A stretch of 32,000 bases of DNA from Synechocystis sp. PCC 6803 substr. PCC-P (GCF_000284455.1 NC_017039.1:2970001-3002000); one strand, 5' to 3'; positions 18,353-29,670 are shown, counted from the stretch's first letter. Notes: a model not told the origin generated them from the sequence alone. Program-made: numbers and translations.

Positions 18353-19735
18353 TTATTCAGTCGCCCCAGACTCCGGAATCATTAAGGTAAAAGTTATTAC
18401 GGTCTGGCCTGGCTGGCAGGAGGGCTTTCCCACAACGCTGATTTTACCATTGAGTTGCTCAATTAAAGTGCGGACAATGGTTAGCCCCAACCCCACCCCG
18501 GCGATCGCCGAGTCAATCACCCATTGCTCCCGATAAAAAGGATCAAATAAATGTTGGAGATTGTTGTCATCCACGGCCACAGTCTGATTACTAAAAGTGC
18601 ATTTAATATTTTTTTTAACTTGCATTGAGATTTGCTCACATTGTTCTAAGGTGACCACAATGGAACTATCGGCCACGGCAAACTTTTGTGCATTAGTTAA
18701 CAGTTCTTGGAAAATTTGCCGCAAGTATTTATCATCAGCGGCCACCGAATTAATCCCATGGTCGTAATGAAATTGTATTCTGTGATTGTCTTCCTGCAAG
18801 GGAAAGCAGTGGTCAATCACTTCCTTTAGCAAAATAGTTATATTTAAGTCATAGATTTGTAGTTGATTAACCTCTTGTTTTAGTTGCTTTAATTGTAAAA
18901 TTTTGCTGTTAATATCATTGAGTTTATCCCACGCTTGATCAATAATTACCAATCTTTGTTCTAGCTTTTCTGGGGTGGGGGGAGTGGCGCGCAAAGTTGC
19001 AACTACCATGCGGATGGTGGCCAGGGGGTTGCGGGTCTGATCACTCATGATGGTGATAATATTGTTAATTAATTTCTCATTCCATTGTTTTTGTTGTTCT
19101 AATTGTCGACGACTAGCTTCATACCAGATTTTTAAAATTGGGCTGTCTTCAAAAAAATTGCGGGAAGAATGAAGGGAGCTGATGGGATCAAGTTCAGTAA
19201 GATTTACGGAATGTAATTCTTCTAATAATCCATCATTAGGGAGATTAGTTCCTAATAGTAGTTGATTGATAATTCCCAAATCATTTTGGAGTTTTTGTAG
19301 AGGGAATTGTTGTTGTTTGGACATTGTTTTATCCGTGGCTGGGCAACTATACACCGTTAGAATTAGCCCATTTTCTTTGCCTTGGAAAAACGTTTTGATC
19401 CCCTCCACCCTAGGGCAAGATAAATGAAAAAATTCTTGCCACAATGGCCATTCCGTTGCGGTCAACGTTAATCCTTCCCCATTGGCGATCGCCTCCATAA
19501 TCTGGGGAGAGCAATGCTGCCAAAAGTCTTCGCTGGGCCAACGGCCATGCTTGCCGGCCAAGGACCAAAACCACGGCTGGGCCTGGCCCACCACCCACAC
19601 CACCACCTCCGACTGTAGGGCCAGGGCTAATTTCTGAGCTAGCAAAACAGGCACCGGTTCGTTCCCTGGAGGAAGACAAACGAGATCAATGAGGGATTTG
19701 CCAAGGGACGCATAGTGGATTGCCATTCGTATCAA
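18353..19735 (-). CDS. two-component sensor histidine kinase homologue, probable pseudokinase (H-box lacks His; G1 box degenerate)
   Basis: 460 aa; 'IMSDQTRNPLATIRM' in H-box position, N-box 'IFQELLTNAQKFA', G2 'GVGLGLTIVRTLIEQLNGKISV'. Confidence 0.85.
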   Translation of the reverse strand: MIRMAIHYASLGKSLIDLVCLPPGNEPVPVLLAQKLALALQSEVVVWVVGQAQPWFWSLAGKHGRWPSEDFWQHCSPQIMEAIANGEGLTLTATEWPLWQEFFHLSCPRVEGIKTFFQGKENGLILTVYSCPATDKTMSKQQQFPLQKLQNDLGIINQLLLGTNLPNDGLLEELHSVNLTELDPISSLHSSRNFFEDSPILKIWYEASRRQLEQQKQWNEKLINNIITIMSDQTRNPLATIRMVVATLRATPPTPEKLEQRLVIIDQAWDKLNDINSKILQLKQLKQEVNQLQIYDLNITILLKEVIDHCFPLQEDNHRIQFHYDHGINSVAADDKYLRQIFQELLTNAQKFAVADSSIVVTLEQCEQISMQVKKNIKCTFSNQTVAVDDNNLQHLFDPFYREQWVIDSAIAGVGLGLTIVRTLIEQLNGKISVVGKPSCQPGQTVITFTLMIPESGATE

Positions 19736-19882
19736 TCAACAATTGGATAACTTTCACGCACCAGCTAACTCCCCAGGATATGGGTAAAAATTGGCTTCTG
19801 ACCCCAGTATAATTCCCTAAATAGAAGGAACAATTGTGGTATGTTGAGGGGCAACGGTAATAGGTCAAGGTAGGGGAAACGG

Positions 19883-20518
19883 GTGTCCACACCAAAGATT
19901 TTGGCAGTAGTTAACGGCAAGGGCGGCGTTGGCAAAACCACAACCGCAGTTAACCTGGCCGCAATTTTAGCGGAAAAGCGATCGGTACTTTTGGTGGATG
20001 CGGACCCCCAGGGCTCTGCCAGTTGGTGGGTGGAACGCAGTGGAGACAAAATGGGTTTCCATCTCAGCCAAGAAAATAATCCCCAGGCATTGAAGGACTT
20101 GCCCCAGGTGGATGACTACCAAATTATTGTCGTGGACACACCTCCGGCCCTCCGTTCCGAGGCATTAAGGACGGTCATTGGTCTAGCTGATTATCTAGTA
20201 TTGCCGACGCCCCCGGCCCCCATGGATTTGACGGCGTTGATCGACACAGTAAAAACCGCTGTTAATCCCCTAAGGGTGGCCCATCGGGTGCTGTTGACCA
20301 AGGTGGACTCCCGCAGTCTGAATGAAACCCTCGAAGCTCAAAATACCCTCCTGGAACTGGGGATTCCTGCCTACCATGCCTTTGTGCGGAGCTATAAAGC
20401 CCATGAGCGGTCTGTGTTGGATGGTATGGCCATTACCCAATGGAAAGGCAAAAACGCGAAGGAGGCCCAATCGGATTATCGACGGGTGGCGGATGAACTT
20501 TTGCGAGAATTACTCTAG
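19883..20518 (+). CDS. ParA/MinD-family (McdA-like) ATPase
   Basis: 211 aa, GTG start; '[18 protein letters not shown]', '[15 protein letters not shown]', '[16 protein letters not shown]'. Confidence 0.92.
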   Translation: MSTPKILAVVNGKGGVGKTTTAVNLAAILAEKRSVLLVDADPQGSASWWVERSGDKMGFHLSQENNPQALKDLPQVDDYQIIVVDTPPALRSEALRTVIGLADYLVLPTPPAPMDLTALIDTVKTAVNPLRVAHRVLLTKVDSRSLNETLEAQNTLLELGIPAYHAFVRSYKAHERSVLDGMAITQWKGKNAKEAQSDYRRVADELLRELL

Positions 20519-20629
20519 GTTCTGGGCTGTGTTGGTCGAAATTTACCGAGTCTATTTTCCCAACCTAAACCCAGAGTTTGATCATTGACTCTTAACACCT
20601 ATAAATATTTATAGATTTTCCCTTTAACT

Positions 20630-21151
20630 ATGGCCAGAAAAAGCTTATCGGATCTGCTCAAACAAGAAGTTAAAGCCCAGTCCCAACCAGAGTTAGATGC
20701 TGGTATTTCCCCTGATCTCGAGCCAACTCCAGAGGCTTCTGTGCCTGAACCTACAGCAGATTTGGCCGAGCTTCAAGCCCAGTTGAACAGCATTAAAGCG
20801 GCGCTGCAAGCGGAAAAAAATCAAGGGGAAAAGCTAAAAGAGCAGTTACAACAGGAAAAGAAGGCTCAGGAAAAGGTTAAACAACTAGAACAAAGTTTAA
20901 AACAAGAACAGGCCAGGGTGAAAGAGCTCCAGAACGAAGTTCAATTGGTGGAGAAACTACAAACGGAACTGAAGGAAGAAAAAAATTTGGTGGGCAAACT
21001 GTATAGCAAAATTCAAGATTTGGAAGAGGATTTAGCTCCCCAAGTCAGCGCGGCCCTTACCACCCTCCCCAGGGCCATGCCTGTCCGTTACGTCGCTCCC
21101 AAACAACCTCCCACCAATTTGAGCGATGAAGACATTGGTTGGTTCGATTAA
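20630..21151 (+). CDS. coiled-coil protein, possible ParA partner (McdB-like)
   Basis: 173 aa; charged N-terminus, long Q/E/K-rich heptad region, short acidic C-terminus 'NLSDEDIGWFD'. Confidence 0.75.
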   Translation: MARKSLSDLLKQEVKAQSQPELDAGISPDLEPTPEASVPEPTADLAELQAQLNSIKAALQAEKNQGEKLKEQLQQEKKAQEKVKQLEQSLKQEQARVKELQNEVQLVEKLQTELKEEKNLVGKLYSKIQDLEEDLAPQVSAALTTLPRAMPVRYVAPKQPPTNLSDEDIGWFD

Positions 21152-21332
21152 TTTGACCAAGAGGTGAAATCCTATCTTTTCCATTACCCTACTACGGGCG
21201 ATCGCCAAAATGGCCCTGGACAATGAAAATTTCCCTTGCCATGGGCTAGGATCGATTGCCATGGGGTCGCCGTGGTTCAGTTAACCACCTGACATCAATG
21301 GCAAAGACAACACACCGATTCAAGTTCCGTCA

Positions 21333-21890
21333 GTGGTCATGAGAAACGCTTTAACTATTTTTGCTTTACTCCTTTCGAGCACCGGCATTTTTGTCTCCTT
21401 GGCTAGGGAGGAGTTACGCTGTCGAGTGGGACTAAGCAGTACCGAATGTCCCCCGGCGATCGCCCAGCCGGAGAATAACGCTCCCCAGGATAGTGGTGCC
21501 CAACTGGTCAATTCTGAGTTGCGTCCCATCATCCCCAGCGAGGCGAAGTCCGATAAGAACCCTAATCCCGCCGCTGAAACGGCTAAAGTGCTAGAAACGG
21601 AAGCCACCGAAATAATTGAAGAAAATCTAGTTCCCGTCGGAGAAAATGCTGGGATTCCATCCCCCGATGCCAGTGCTCAGCCTTCTTCACCCCCTCTCCA
21701 TAGTCCCCTGGGCAACCCCATGGAGCAAAAAATTGTAGACACTGCCATTATCAGTAACCCAGCTCCGAAAAAAGCTTTACCCACCGAAGCCCCCATTGCG
21801 CCCCCCGCCAGTAAAAATCCAGCAGAAGATAATCTTATTCCAGTTATTCCAGCGGAAGGGGTAGCTATTCCCGTGGCTCCACCACAGTAG
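21333..21890 (+). CDS. secreted proline-rich hypothetical protein
   Basis: 185 aa; hydrophobic N-terminus 'NALTIFALLLSSTGIFVSLA', then low-complexity P/E/A-rich tail. Confidence 0.7.
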   Translation: MVMRNALTIFALLLSSTGIFVSLAREELRCRVGLSSTECPPAIAQPENNAPQDSGAQLVNSELRPIIPSEAKSDKNPNPAAETAKVLETEATEIIEENLVPVGENAGIPSPDASAQPSSPPLHSPLGNPMEQKIVDTAIISNPAPKKALPTEAPIAPPASKNPAEDNLIPVIPAEGVAIPVAPPQ

Positions 21891-22012
21891 TGGTAAATTT
21901 GGACGATTAAATGCTAGGTTAAAATTTTCACTTTCCTTGCGCCTAGCCGGATAACCCAGGAACGATAATTTGCAGCAAACCGTCACCGTGGCCTCTACCA
22001 TGGGAGGGTTTT

Positions 22013-23545
22013 GTGATGTTCCGCCCCTTGTCCCGGGCCATTCAGGTGGCAATGTATTATCCTATTCGCATTGTTGCGGCGGCGATTATTTTAACAGCGT
22101 TACTGTTTATTCCCCTGGGGTGGAGTTCCTGGCAAACCTATCTAATTTTTCAAAATACGGTGGCTGTGGATTTTCAACTCCAGGCTCAGGCTGGCAAAAT
22201 TGTCCACTTAGACGAAGTCTTAACCATGTCTTCTCAAATGGCTGCCGCCACAGGGGATTCGGAGTGGGAAGCACGGTATCTCAAATTTGAACCGGAATTA
22301 GGAGCGGCGATCAAGCAAGCCATTGCCATTGCACCAGAAGCCTATGAAGGGGAAGGAGCCCAGGAAACTGAAATCGCCAACAACCGTTTGGTGGTAATGG
22401 AAACAAAAGCTTTTGAGTTGGTGCGGCAGGGAAATTTGTCCCAGGCCCAGGCCATGCTCAACAGCCGGGAATATCTGGGTAATAAACGAATTTACATTGA
22501 CGGCATTGCAAGGAGTGAACTGGCGATCGCCAATCGTATCCAGGCCAACCTAGCTAATTTTCGGCAGACATTATTTTTTGCTAGCACCCTGGCCGTAGTT
22601 AGTTTAATTACCTTAATTCCCCTCTGGGCTGTGGTGCTAAAGGTTTTGCAAATGTATATTAAGGACCGGGAAATAGCCAGACAGGAAGTGCTTAAAGCGA
22701 ACAGTCAACTGGAAATAAAAGTAGCAGAAAGAACAGCAGACTTAGCCAAAGCAAACGAAGCAATTACTGGCCTCAATGCTCAGTTAAAACAGGAAAATAT
22801 GCGATTGGGAACGGAGTTAGATGTAGCGAGAAAATTACAAATGATGGTTTTACCCAAACATGAAGAATTATCAGAAATTACCGATTTAGATATTGCTTGC
22901 TACATGGCTTCGGCCACTGAAGTGGGGGGAGATTATTATGATGTGGTTAAAATCGGTAACCGCATTTTTATTAGCATTGGCGATGTCACTGGCCATGGGT
23001 TAGAAAGTGGAGTAATGGCCATAATGGCCCAAACTGCGATCCAAACTCTGCTAACGGCAGAAATTACGGAAGCAGTGCAATTCCACAATTTACTCAATCA
23101 GGTTCTCTACAAAAATACCCAACGGATGGAACTGAGTAAAAATATGACCCTGGTGATGTTAGATTATCAATCGGGGGAATTAATCCTTAGTGGCCAACAT
23201 GAATCCATTTTTGTGGTTCGTGCTGATGGCGCCATAGAAGAAATAGATACCATTGATTTAGGCTTTCCCCTTGCTTTGGAGAAAGATATTACGACCTTTA
23301 TTGCCCGCACCCAAATTAATTTACATTCAGGGGATGTGGTGGTGCTATACACCGATGGTATTCCCGAAGCAGAAAACGGGGAAAAACAATTTTATGGTTT
23401 GGCAAGATTTCAAGAGGTGCTCATTGCCAACCACCAGTCAACAGCCTTGGAAATTAGTCAAGCAGTGGTGGAGGATTTAATGGCTTATATTGGTGACAGC
23501 CGGGTTTTTGATGACATTACTTTAGTCATTTTTAAAAAAATATAG
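22013..23545 (+). CDS. membrane PP2C/SpoIIE (RsbU-like) serine phosphatase
   Basis: 510 aa; two TM segments with an extracytoplasmic sensor region, coiled coil, then 'ATEVGGDYYDVVKIGNRIFISIGDVTGHGLESGVMAIMAQTA' and 'LYTDGIPEAEN'. Confidence 0.92.
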   Translation: MMFRPLSRAIQVAMYYPIRIVAAAIILTALLFIPLGWSSWQTYLIFQNTVAVDFQLQAQAGKIVHLDEVLTMSSQMAAATGDSEWEARYLKFEPELGAAIKQAIAIAPEAYEGEGAQETEIANNRLVVMETKAFELVRQGNLSQAQAMLNSREYLGNKRIYIDGIARSELAIANRIQANLANFRQTLFFASTLAVVSLITLIPLWAVVLKVLQMYIKDREIARQEVLKANSQLEIKVAERTADLAKANEAITGLNAQLKQENMRLGTELDVARKLQMMVLPKHEELSEITDLDIACYMASATEVGGDYYDVVKIGNRIFISIGDVTGHGLESGVMAIMAQTAIQTLLTAEITEAVQFHNLLNQVLYKNTQRMELSKNMTLVMLDYQSGELILSGQHESIFVVRADGAIEEIDTIDLGFPLALEKDITTFIARTQINLHSGDVVVLYTDGIPEAENGEKQFYGLARFQEVLIANHQSTALEISQAVVEDLMAYIGDSRVFDDITLVIFKKI

Positions 23546-23735
23546 TTAGCTTCAGCACAAGATTACCCATGTTTTAGATGGAGTTTTTCTTGGTCATGAT
23601 GCTCGCAAGTCTATAATTACTATAAAAATGCCGCGGGAAACAGGGCGCTAATTTTCAGGCCCTGGGACTGTGAAAGCCTTTATAATAGGTTGCCCCTTTA
23701 AAATCGTTTTTTTCCTTTAGTTTTAGCCCCTGAGC

Positions 23736-24461
23736 ATGCCTCGAATACTGATCATTGACGATGACCCGGCAATTTCCGATTTAGTCTCCATTAATTTAGA
23801 AATGGCAGGCTACGATGTCCAACAGGCAGTGGATGGCATCAAGGGGCAAGCGTTGGCGGTGCAACTACAACCGGATCTGATCATGTTGGACTTGATGTTG
23901 CCCAAAGTGGATGGATTTACGGTTTGTCAACGTTTGCGCCGGGACGAACGCACAGCAGATATTCCGGTTTTGATGCTAACGGCGTTGGGTCAGATCCAGG
24001 ATAAAATTCAAGGCTTTGACTCTGGGGCGGACGATTACCTCACTAAGCCTTTCGACGTGGAGGAAATGTTAGCCCGGGTGAGGGCCCTACTGCGACGCAC
24101 CGATCGCATCCCCCAGGCGGCAAAACATTCAGAAATTCTTAACCAGGGACCCCTAACCCTAGTGCCCGAAAGGTTTGAAGCTATTTGGTTTGGTAAAAGT
24201 ATCAAGCTGACCCATTTGGAGTTTGAGTTGCTTCACTGTCTGTTGCAGCGCCATGGGCAAACGGTTTCCCCCAGTGATATTTTGCGGGAAGTATGGGGCT
24301 ACGAACCAGATGATGACATTGAAACCATCCGGGTGCACATTCGTCACCTCCGCACTAAGTTGGAACCGAATCCCCGTCGACCTCGCTTTATTAAAACGGT
24401 GTATGGGGCAGGCTATTGTTTGGAACTGTCAACGGAAGAAGGAGGCGGTAGTCCAACGTAG
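23736..24461 (+). CDS. rpaA: OmpR/PhoB-type response regulator RpaA
   Basis: 241 aa; receiver '[31 protein letters not shown]...[14 protein letters not shown]' and winged-helix '[32 protein letters not shown]'. Confidence 0.93.
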   Translation: MPRILIIDDDPAISDLVSINLEMAGYDVQQAVDGIKGQALAVQLQPDLIMLDLMLPKVDGFTVCQRLRRDERTADIPVLMLTALGQIQDKIQGFDSGADDYLTKPFDVEEMLARVRALLRRTDRIPQAAKHSEILNQGPLTLVPERFEAIWFGKSIKLTHLEFELLHCLLQRHGQTVSPSDILREVWGYEPDDDIETIRVHIRHLRTKLEPNPRRPRFIKTVYGAGYCLELSTEEGGGSPT

Positions 24462-24522
24462 GTTTTAGCTTAATTTCCAGCCCATTATTCCCATTGCTTT
24501 GCCCTAGATTTGAGTATTTACC

Positions 24523-25269
24523 ATGGCCGTCACTGATTTAAGTTTGACCAATTCTTCCCTGATGCCTACGTTGAACCCGATGATTCAACAGTTGGCCCTG
24601 GCGATCGCCGCTAGTTGGCAAAGTTTACCCCTCAAGCCCTATCAATTGCCGGAGGATTTGGGCTACGTAGAAGGCCGCCTGGAAGGGGAAAAGTTAGTGA
24701 TTGAAAATCGGTGCTACCAAACGCCCCAGTTTCGCAAAATGCATTTGGAGTTGGCCAAGGTGGGCAAAGGGTTGGATATTCTCCACTGTGTAATGTTTCC
24801 TGAGCCTTTATACGGTCTACCTTTGTTTGGCTGTGACATTGTGGCCGGCCCCGGTGGAGTAAGTGCGGCTATTGCGGATCTATCCCCCACCCAAAGCGAT
24901 CGCCAATTGCCCGCAGCGTACCAAAAATCATTGGCAGAGCTAGGCCAGCCAGAATTTGAGCAACAACGGGAATTGCCCCCCTGGGGAGAAATATTTTCTG
25001 AATATTGTTTATTCATCCGTCCCAGCAATGTCACTGAAGAAGAAAGATTTGTACAAAGGGTAGTGGACTTTTTGCAAATTCATTGTCACCAATCCATCGT
25101 TGCCGAACCCTTGTCTGAAGCTCAAACTTTGGAGCACCGTCAGGGGCAAATTCATTACTGCCAACAACAACAGAAAAATGATAAAACCCGTCGGGTACTG
25201 GAAAAAGCTTTTGGGGAAGCTTGGGCGGAACGGTATATGAGCCAAGTCTTATTTGATGTTATCCAATAA
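24523..25269 (+). CDS. pcyA: phycocyanobilin:ferredoxin oxidoreductase
   Basis: 248 aa; recognised PcyA sequence including '[40 protein letters not shown]'. Confidence 0.95.
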
Positions 25270-25305
25270 AAGCACTTCCAGCTTTTAGCGAACATTGCTT
25301 TTTTT
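25267..25305 (+). terminator. putative intrinsic terminator of pcyA
   Basis: TAAAAGC-ACTTCCA-GCTTTTA 7-bp hairpin at 25267-25287 overlapping the stop codon, then AGCGA/TTGCT mini-hairpin and T-run. Confidence 0.45.
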
Positions 25306-25424
25306 AAGAAAATTTAAGCTTCTTATTTTACTATTTGTATGGATTTAAATTAATCTAAACTGGATGTAGGACAAAATTGATTTTTACTAGCCAGAATAAT
25401 TCTTTTATTTAATCCTAATTGGTC

Positions 25425-26820
25425 TTATCCCTCTTTCATCAATCTAGGCAGAAGAAGAATAGAATGTATTCCATGAATTTAGCAAATACTTTAATCGATC
25501 TAGCTTATCAACCTTGTTGTAAAGTTTAGTTAACTCATCCAAAACATGGGCAAATGGAAATACTTTTAACCACTTTTTAATAAGATTTATTGCATTAAAT
25601 ACAGAGATCACTAATCGTAGGTTGTTTAGCCATTTTTTCTACCCTTCTTCTTTATCCCATTTTTCATGCTTTTGATAATACTTTGACGTTGAATTTAGAG
25701 TCGGATTAAAATTCTCATCATAAAAACAAATCATACAATATGCACACATCACTAATTCCCACCATTTTTGAATTTCCTCACAATGAGTTACCCTAAAATC
25801 TGCCCATCCTAATTCACTTTTGCATTGCTCAAATCCATATTCTATCCATGACCTTACTCCATATATTCTGCCAACTTCTTTATATTTAATATCTGGTATT
25901 CGAGTCATTACAAACCATCCTGCTTTTTCGTCCTCTTTTTCTGTTTCTGTTTTAATTTCCCAATATCTTATTGCGCTTTTTTTACCATAAACTATTTCTC
26001 TGATATACCTATCTTCCTGTTTTCCATCCCATCTTATGTGTTCAAACCTCCTCCACTTATTTGCCCTTACTTTAGCTTCCTTTGGAAGCCAGACCCCATG
26101 ATTGCTCCGGATCCCACTGCATATTCTATTTTTAATTCCTCTACAGCACTGATAAAATTGCTATGGCTTTCTCCATATAAGCTATCTGACACTATTCTTT
26201 TTATTTTAAAACTACTTTCTTCTAGTTCTTTTATTATCTCTACTGCTAATTCTGGCTTTGTTTTATACTTATCTCCCTCTTTTAATCTTTCTTTTGGTTT
26301 AAATACTTTTGATTCTAGAGGAAACGTTACCCCATCGCAGTAAACATAGGCATTTACTGACACTATACCGCTTTCTATTTTTCCTAAATTTCCAATATAT
26401 TGTCTTTTTACATAATCTGTTATTTTCCCTTTTTTGGGGTCTCCTGTTTCATCTATTATTACTATTATTTCTCTTCCTTCTAAAACTTCTAAGATAATAT
26501 TTAATCTTCTTTTTTCTAATTCTTTTAGTTCCCAAGGAGAATCTGTCATGAAATGCAGTAGTCCCTGTTCATTTTTCAATTCTAGTGATGATGCTATTGC
26601 AGGTAAACTCTTTCTTTTTATATCACTTAATATTCCCACAATGATATATCTAAATGACTCATAAGACCTCACTTCTGGAAATATATCTTTATACAGTTCA
26701 CTATATGTGTCTACACACTGTACTGTCTTTTTCGCCTCTCTTGTCTTTGTCATTCTCCCTCCGGGCTTTTCAGCCTTTTATCTCCATTTTAATTCCCTCA
26801 GTCTGACGGAAGAGGGATAA
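25425..26820 (-). mobile_element. IS701-like insertion sequence (decayed), about 1.4 kb
   Basis: Imperfect terminal inverted repeats: left TTATCCCTCTTTCATCAATCTAGG (25425-25448), right revcomp TTATCCCTCTTCCGTCAGACTGAG (26797-26820), 18/24 identities, bracketing a DDE transposase remnant. Confidence 0.85.
25444..26753 (-). pseudogene. IS701-family transposase, disrupted by a frameshift near 26100 and an in-frame TAG at 25639-25641
   Basis: N-terminal piece 26067-26753 ('VIIDETGDPKKGKITDYVKRQYIGNLGKIESGIVSVNAYV'), middle frame ('HIRWDGKQEDRYIREIVYGKKSAIRYW...WIEYGFEQCKSELGWADFRVTH') ending 25639; past that stop the same frame reads KKWLNNLRLVISVFNAINLIKKWLKVFPF... to 25444. Confidence 0.88.
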
Positions 26821-26910
26821 TGATTATCGATCAAGCAAAACTGTGATTCACGGGATTGGCGATCGCCTAAGGAAGAGATGGGGATAGAGAAATGATGCTA
26901 GAATTTGCCA

Positions 26911-28388
<1,478 letters not shown>

Positions 28389-28566
28389 CAGTTAGCTTGC
28401 CCTCCCAATTTAATTAGCTCTGGCTATGGCAACTTTAGGAAGTAGATTAAGTTGTTACTGATTAATTCCGAGAAAAAATATTTGCGGAATTTTCGTTTGT
28501 TCTCTAAATCTATCCATTGGAGCAACCAGAAGGCTGAGAAATAAGGGAGGCAGAGTCTGACCATAG

Positions 28567-28600
28567 AGGTGGGTTCAGGCCCACCTTTCTAGTTTTTAAT
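28567..28600 (+). terminator. intrinsic terminator-like hairpin (thiC terminator or leader attenuator of next gene)
   Basis: AGGTGGG-TTCAGG-CCCACCT followed by TTCTAGTTTTTAATTTT. Confidence 0.65.
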
Positions 28601-28610
28601 TTTGATCTGA

Positions 28611-29570
28611 TTGATGGGGAACAATTTTGCCCAACTGAAGCGGTTGATTAACTTTTTTCGGACTGTGATTTTACCAGCCCGCATCAGTCAGTTGATATTA
28701 CAGACCTTTCTGAAATGGCAAAAAGATAACTGCATGGATATGGGGGCCGCCCTAGCGTACTATGCCCTCTTTTCCCTGTTTCCCATCTGTTTAGTAATGC
28801 TTAGCATTGCTGGTAGATTATTAGGGGCAGATTCAAATTATTATCTACAGCTCATTAGCTTTGCCCAAAATATTTTACCGGAACAACCCTTTAAGGTTTT
28901 TCAGCAAGCTTTGACTAATCTTAACCAAAGTAGCTTTAGTGCTGGACTCATTGGTTTTGGTATTTTGGTTCTCACTGCTAGTCGTATTTTTGATGCTTTG
29001 AATCAAAGTGTAAAGAAAATCTGGTCGGTGGTTCATCAGCCCAAGGAAAATATTGGAGTTAAGCACCACGCCTTCAATTTTATCAGGAATAAAATCCTCG
29101 CTTTTTTGCTGGTTTTAAGTACAGTGATGGTATTTTTGCTATCCATATTTGCCAATTTAGCCGCTAAAATTTTCCTCACCGTACTGGCGGAATTTGGACA
29201 GTCCATTCCTTGGGTTACCTTTGACAGTTTAGGATTAATTACCACTCTACAAACTAGTATTTCTTACTTTCTCATTACCGTAGTTATTATCACTCTATTC
29301 AAAGTTTTGCCTCCCGTCCGTCTGCAATGGTGGGATATTTTTCCCGGCGCAATTTTAACTGCGGCCACCATGATGGCCTTACAAAATGCAGTTGGCAGTG
29401 GCATTATTCGCATTGGTGAAAACTTACAAGCTTACGGTGTGGTGGGCAATGTAATGGTATTGTTATTGTGGATTTATTTGATTTTTCAGGTGTTTTTTAT
29501 TGGTTGCGAGTTTACCTTTGTATTTACCTATATTTTTGGTAGTCGTCACCAGAAAGAAAAACCATTTTAG
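28611..29570 (+). CDS. YihY/BrkB family (UPF0761-like) inner membrane protein
   Basis: 319 aa (ATG at 28614 likely); 'AALAYYALFSLFPICLVMLSIAG', multiple TM, 'WDIFPGAILTAATMMALQNAVGSGIIR...YGVVGNVMVLLLWIYLIFQVFFIGCEFTF'. Confidence 0.9.
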   Translation: MMGNNFAQLKRLINFFRTVILPARISQLILQTFLKWQKDNCMDMGAALAYYALFSLFPICLVMLSIAGRLLGADSNYYLQLISFAQNILPEQPFKVFQQALTNLNQSSFSAGLIGFGILVLTASRIFDALNQSVKKIWSVVHQPKENIGVKHHAFNFIRNKILAFLLVLSTVMVFLLSIFANLAAKIFLTVLAEFGQSIPWVTFDSLGLITTLQTSISYFLITVVIITLFKVLPPVRLQWWDIFPGAILTAATMMALQNAVGSGIIRIGENLQAYGVVGNVMVLLLWIYLIFQVFFIGCEFTFVFTYIFGSRHQKEKPF

Positions 29571-29586
29571 GGTTGTGTTTTAAAAG

Positions 29587-29670
29587 CCCCCTATCCCCCC
29601 AAAGTTGGGGGGGATTTAGGTAAAAGCCCTCCAGCATTGCCGAAGCTTTAGTGAGGAAATTTAGGGGGAT
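29587..29670. repeat. nested G/C-tract inverted repeat (possible MITE-like or dispersed palindromic element)
   Basis: Outer arms CCCCCTA (29587-29593) / TAGGGGG (29662-29668); inner palindrome CCCCCCAA-AG-TTGGGGGG (about 29595-29612). Confidence 0.55.

Noticed and set aside
15093-20545. Shared 15-mer GTTGGTCGAAATTTA near 15097 and near 20531
   Set aside because: Only two copies, short, no symmetry and unrelated contexts; likely chance.
26038-26343. 101-aa plus-strand ORF in the IS region
   Set aside because: Lies opposite the transposase remnant, low-complexity Ser/Leu/Phe translation.
25639-26753. Programmed frameshifting as an explanation for the split transposase
   Set aside because: The lesion lacks an obvious slippery heptamer/pseudoknot by eye, and a second independent in-frame amber codon at 25639 points to decay.
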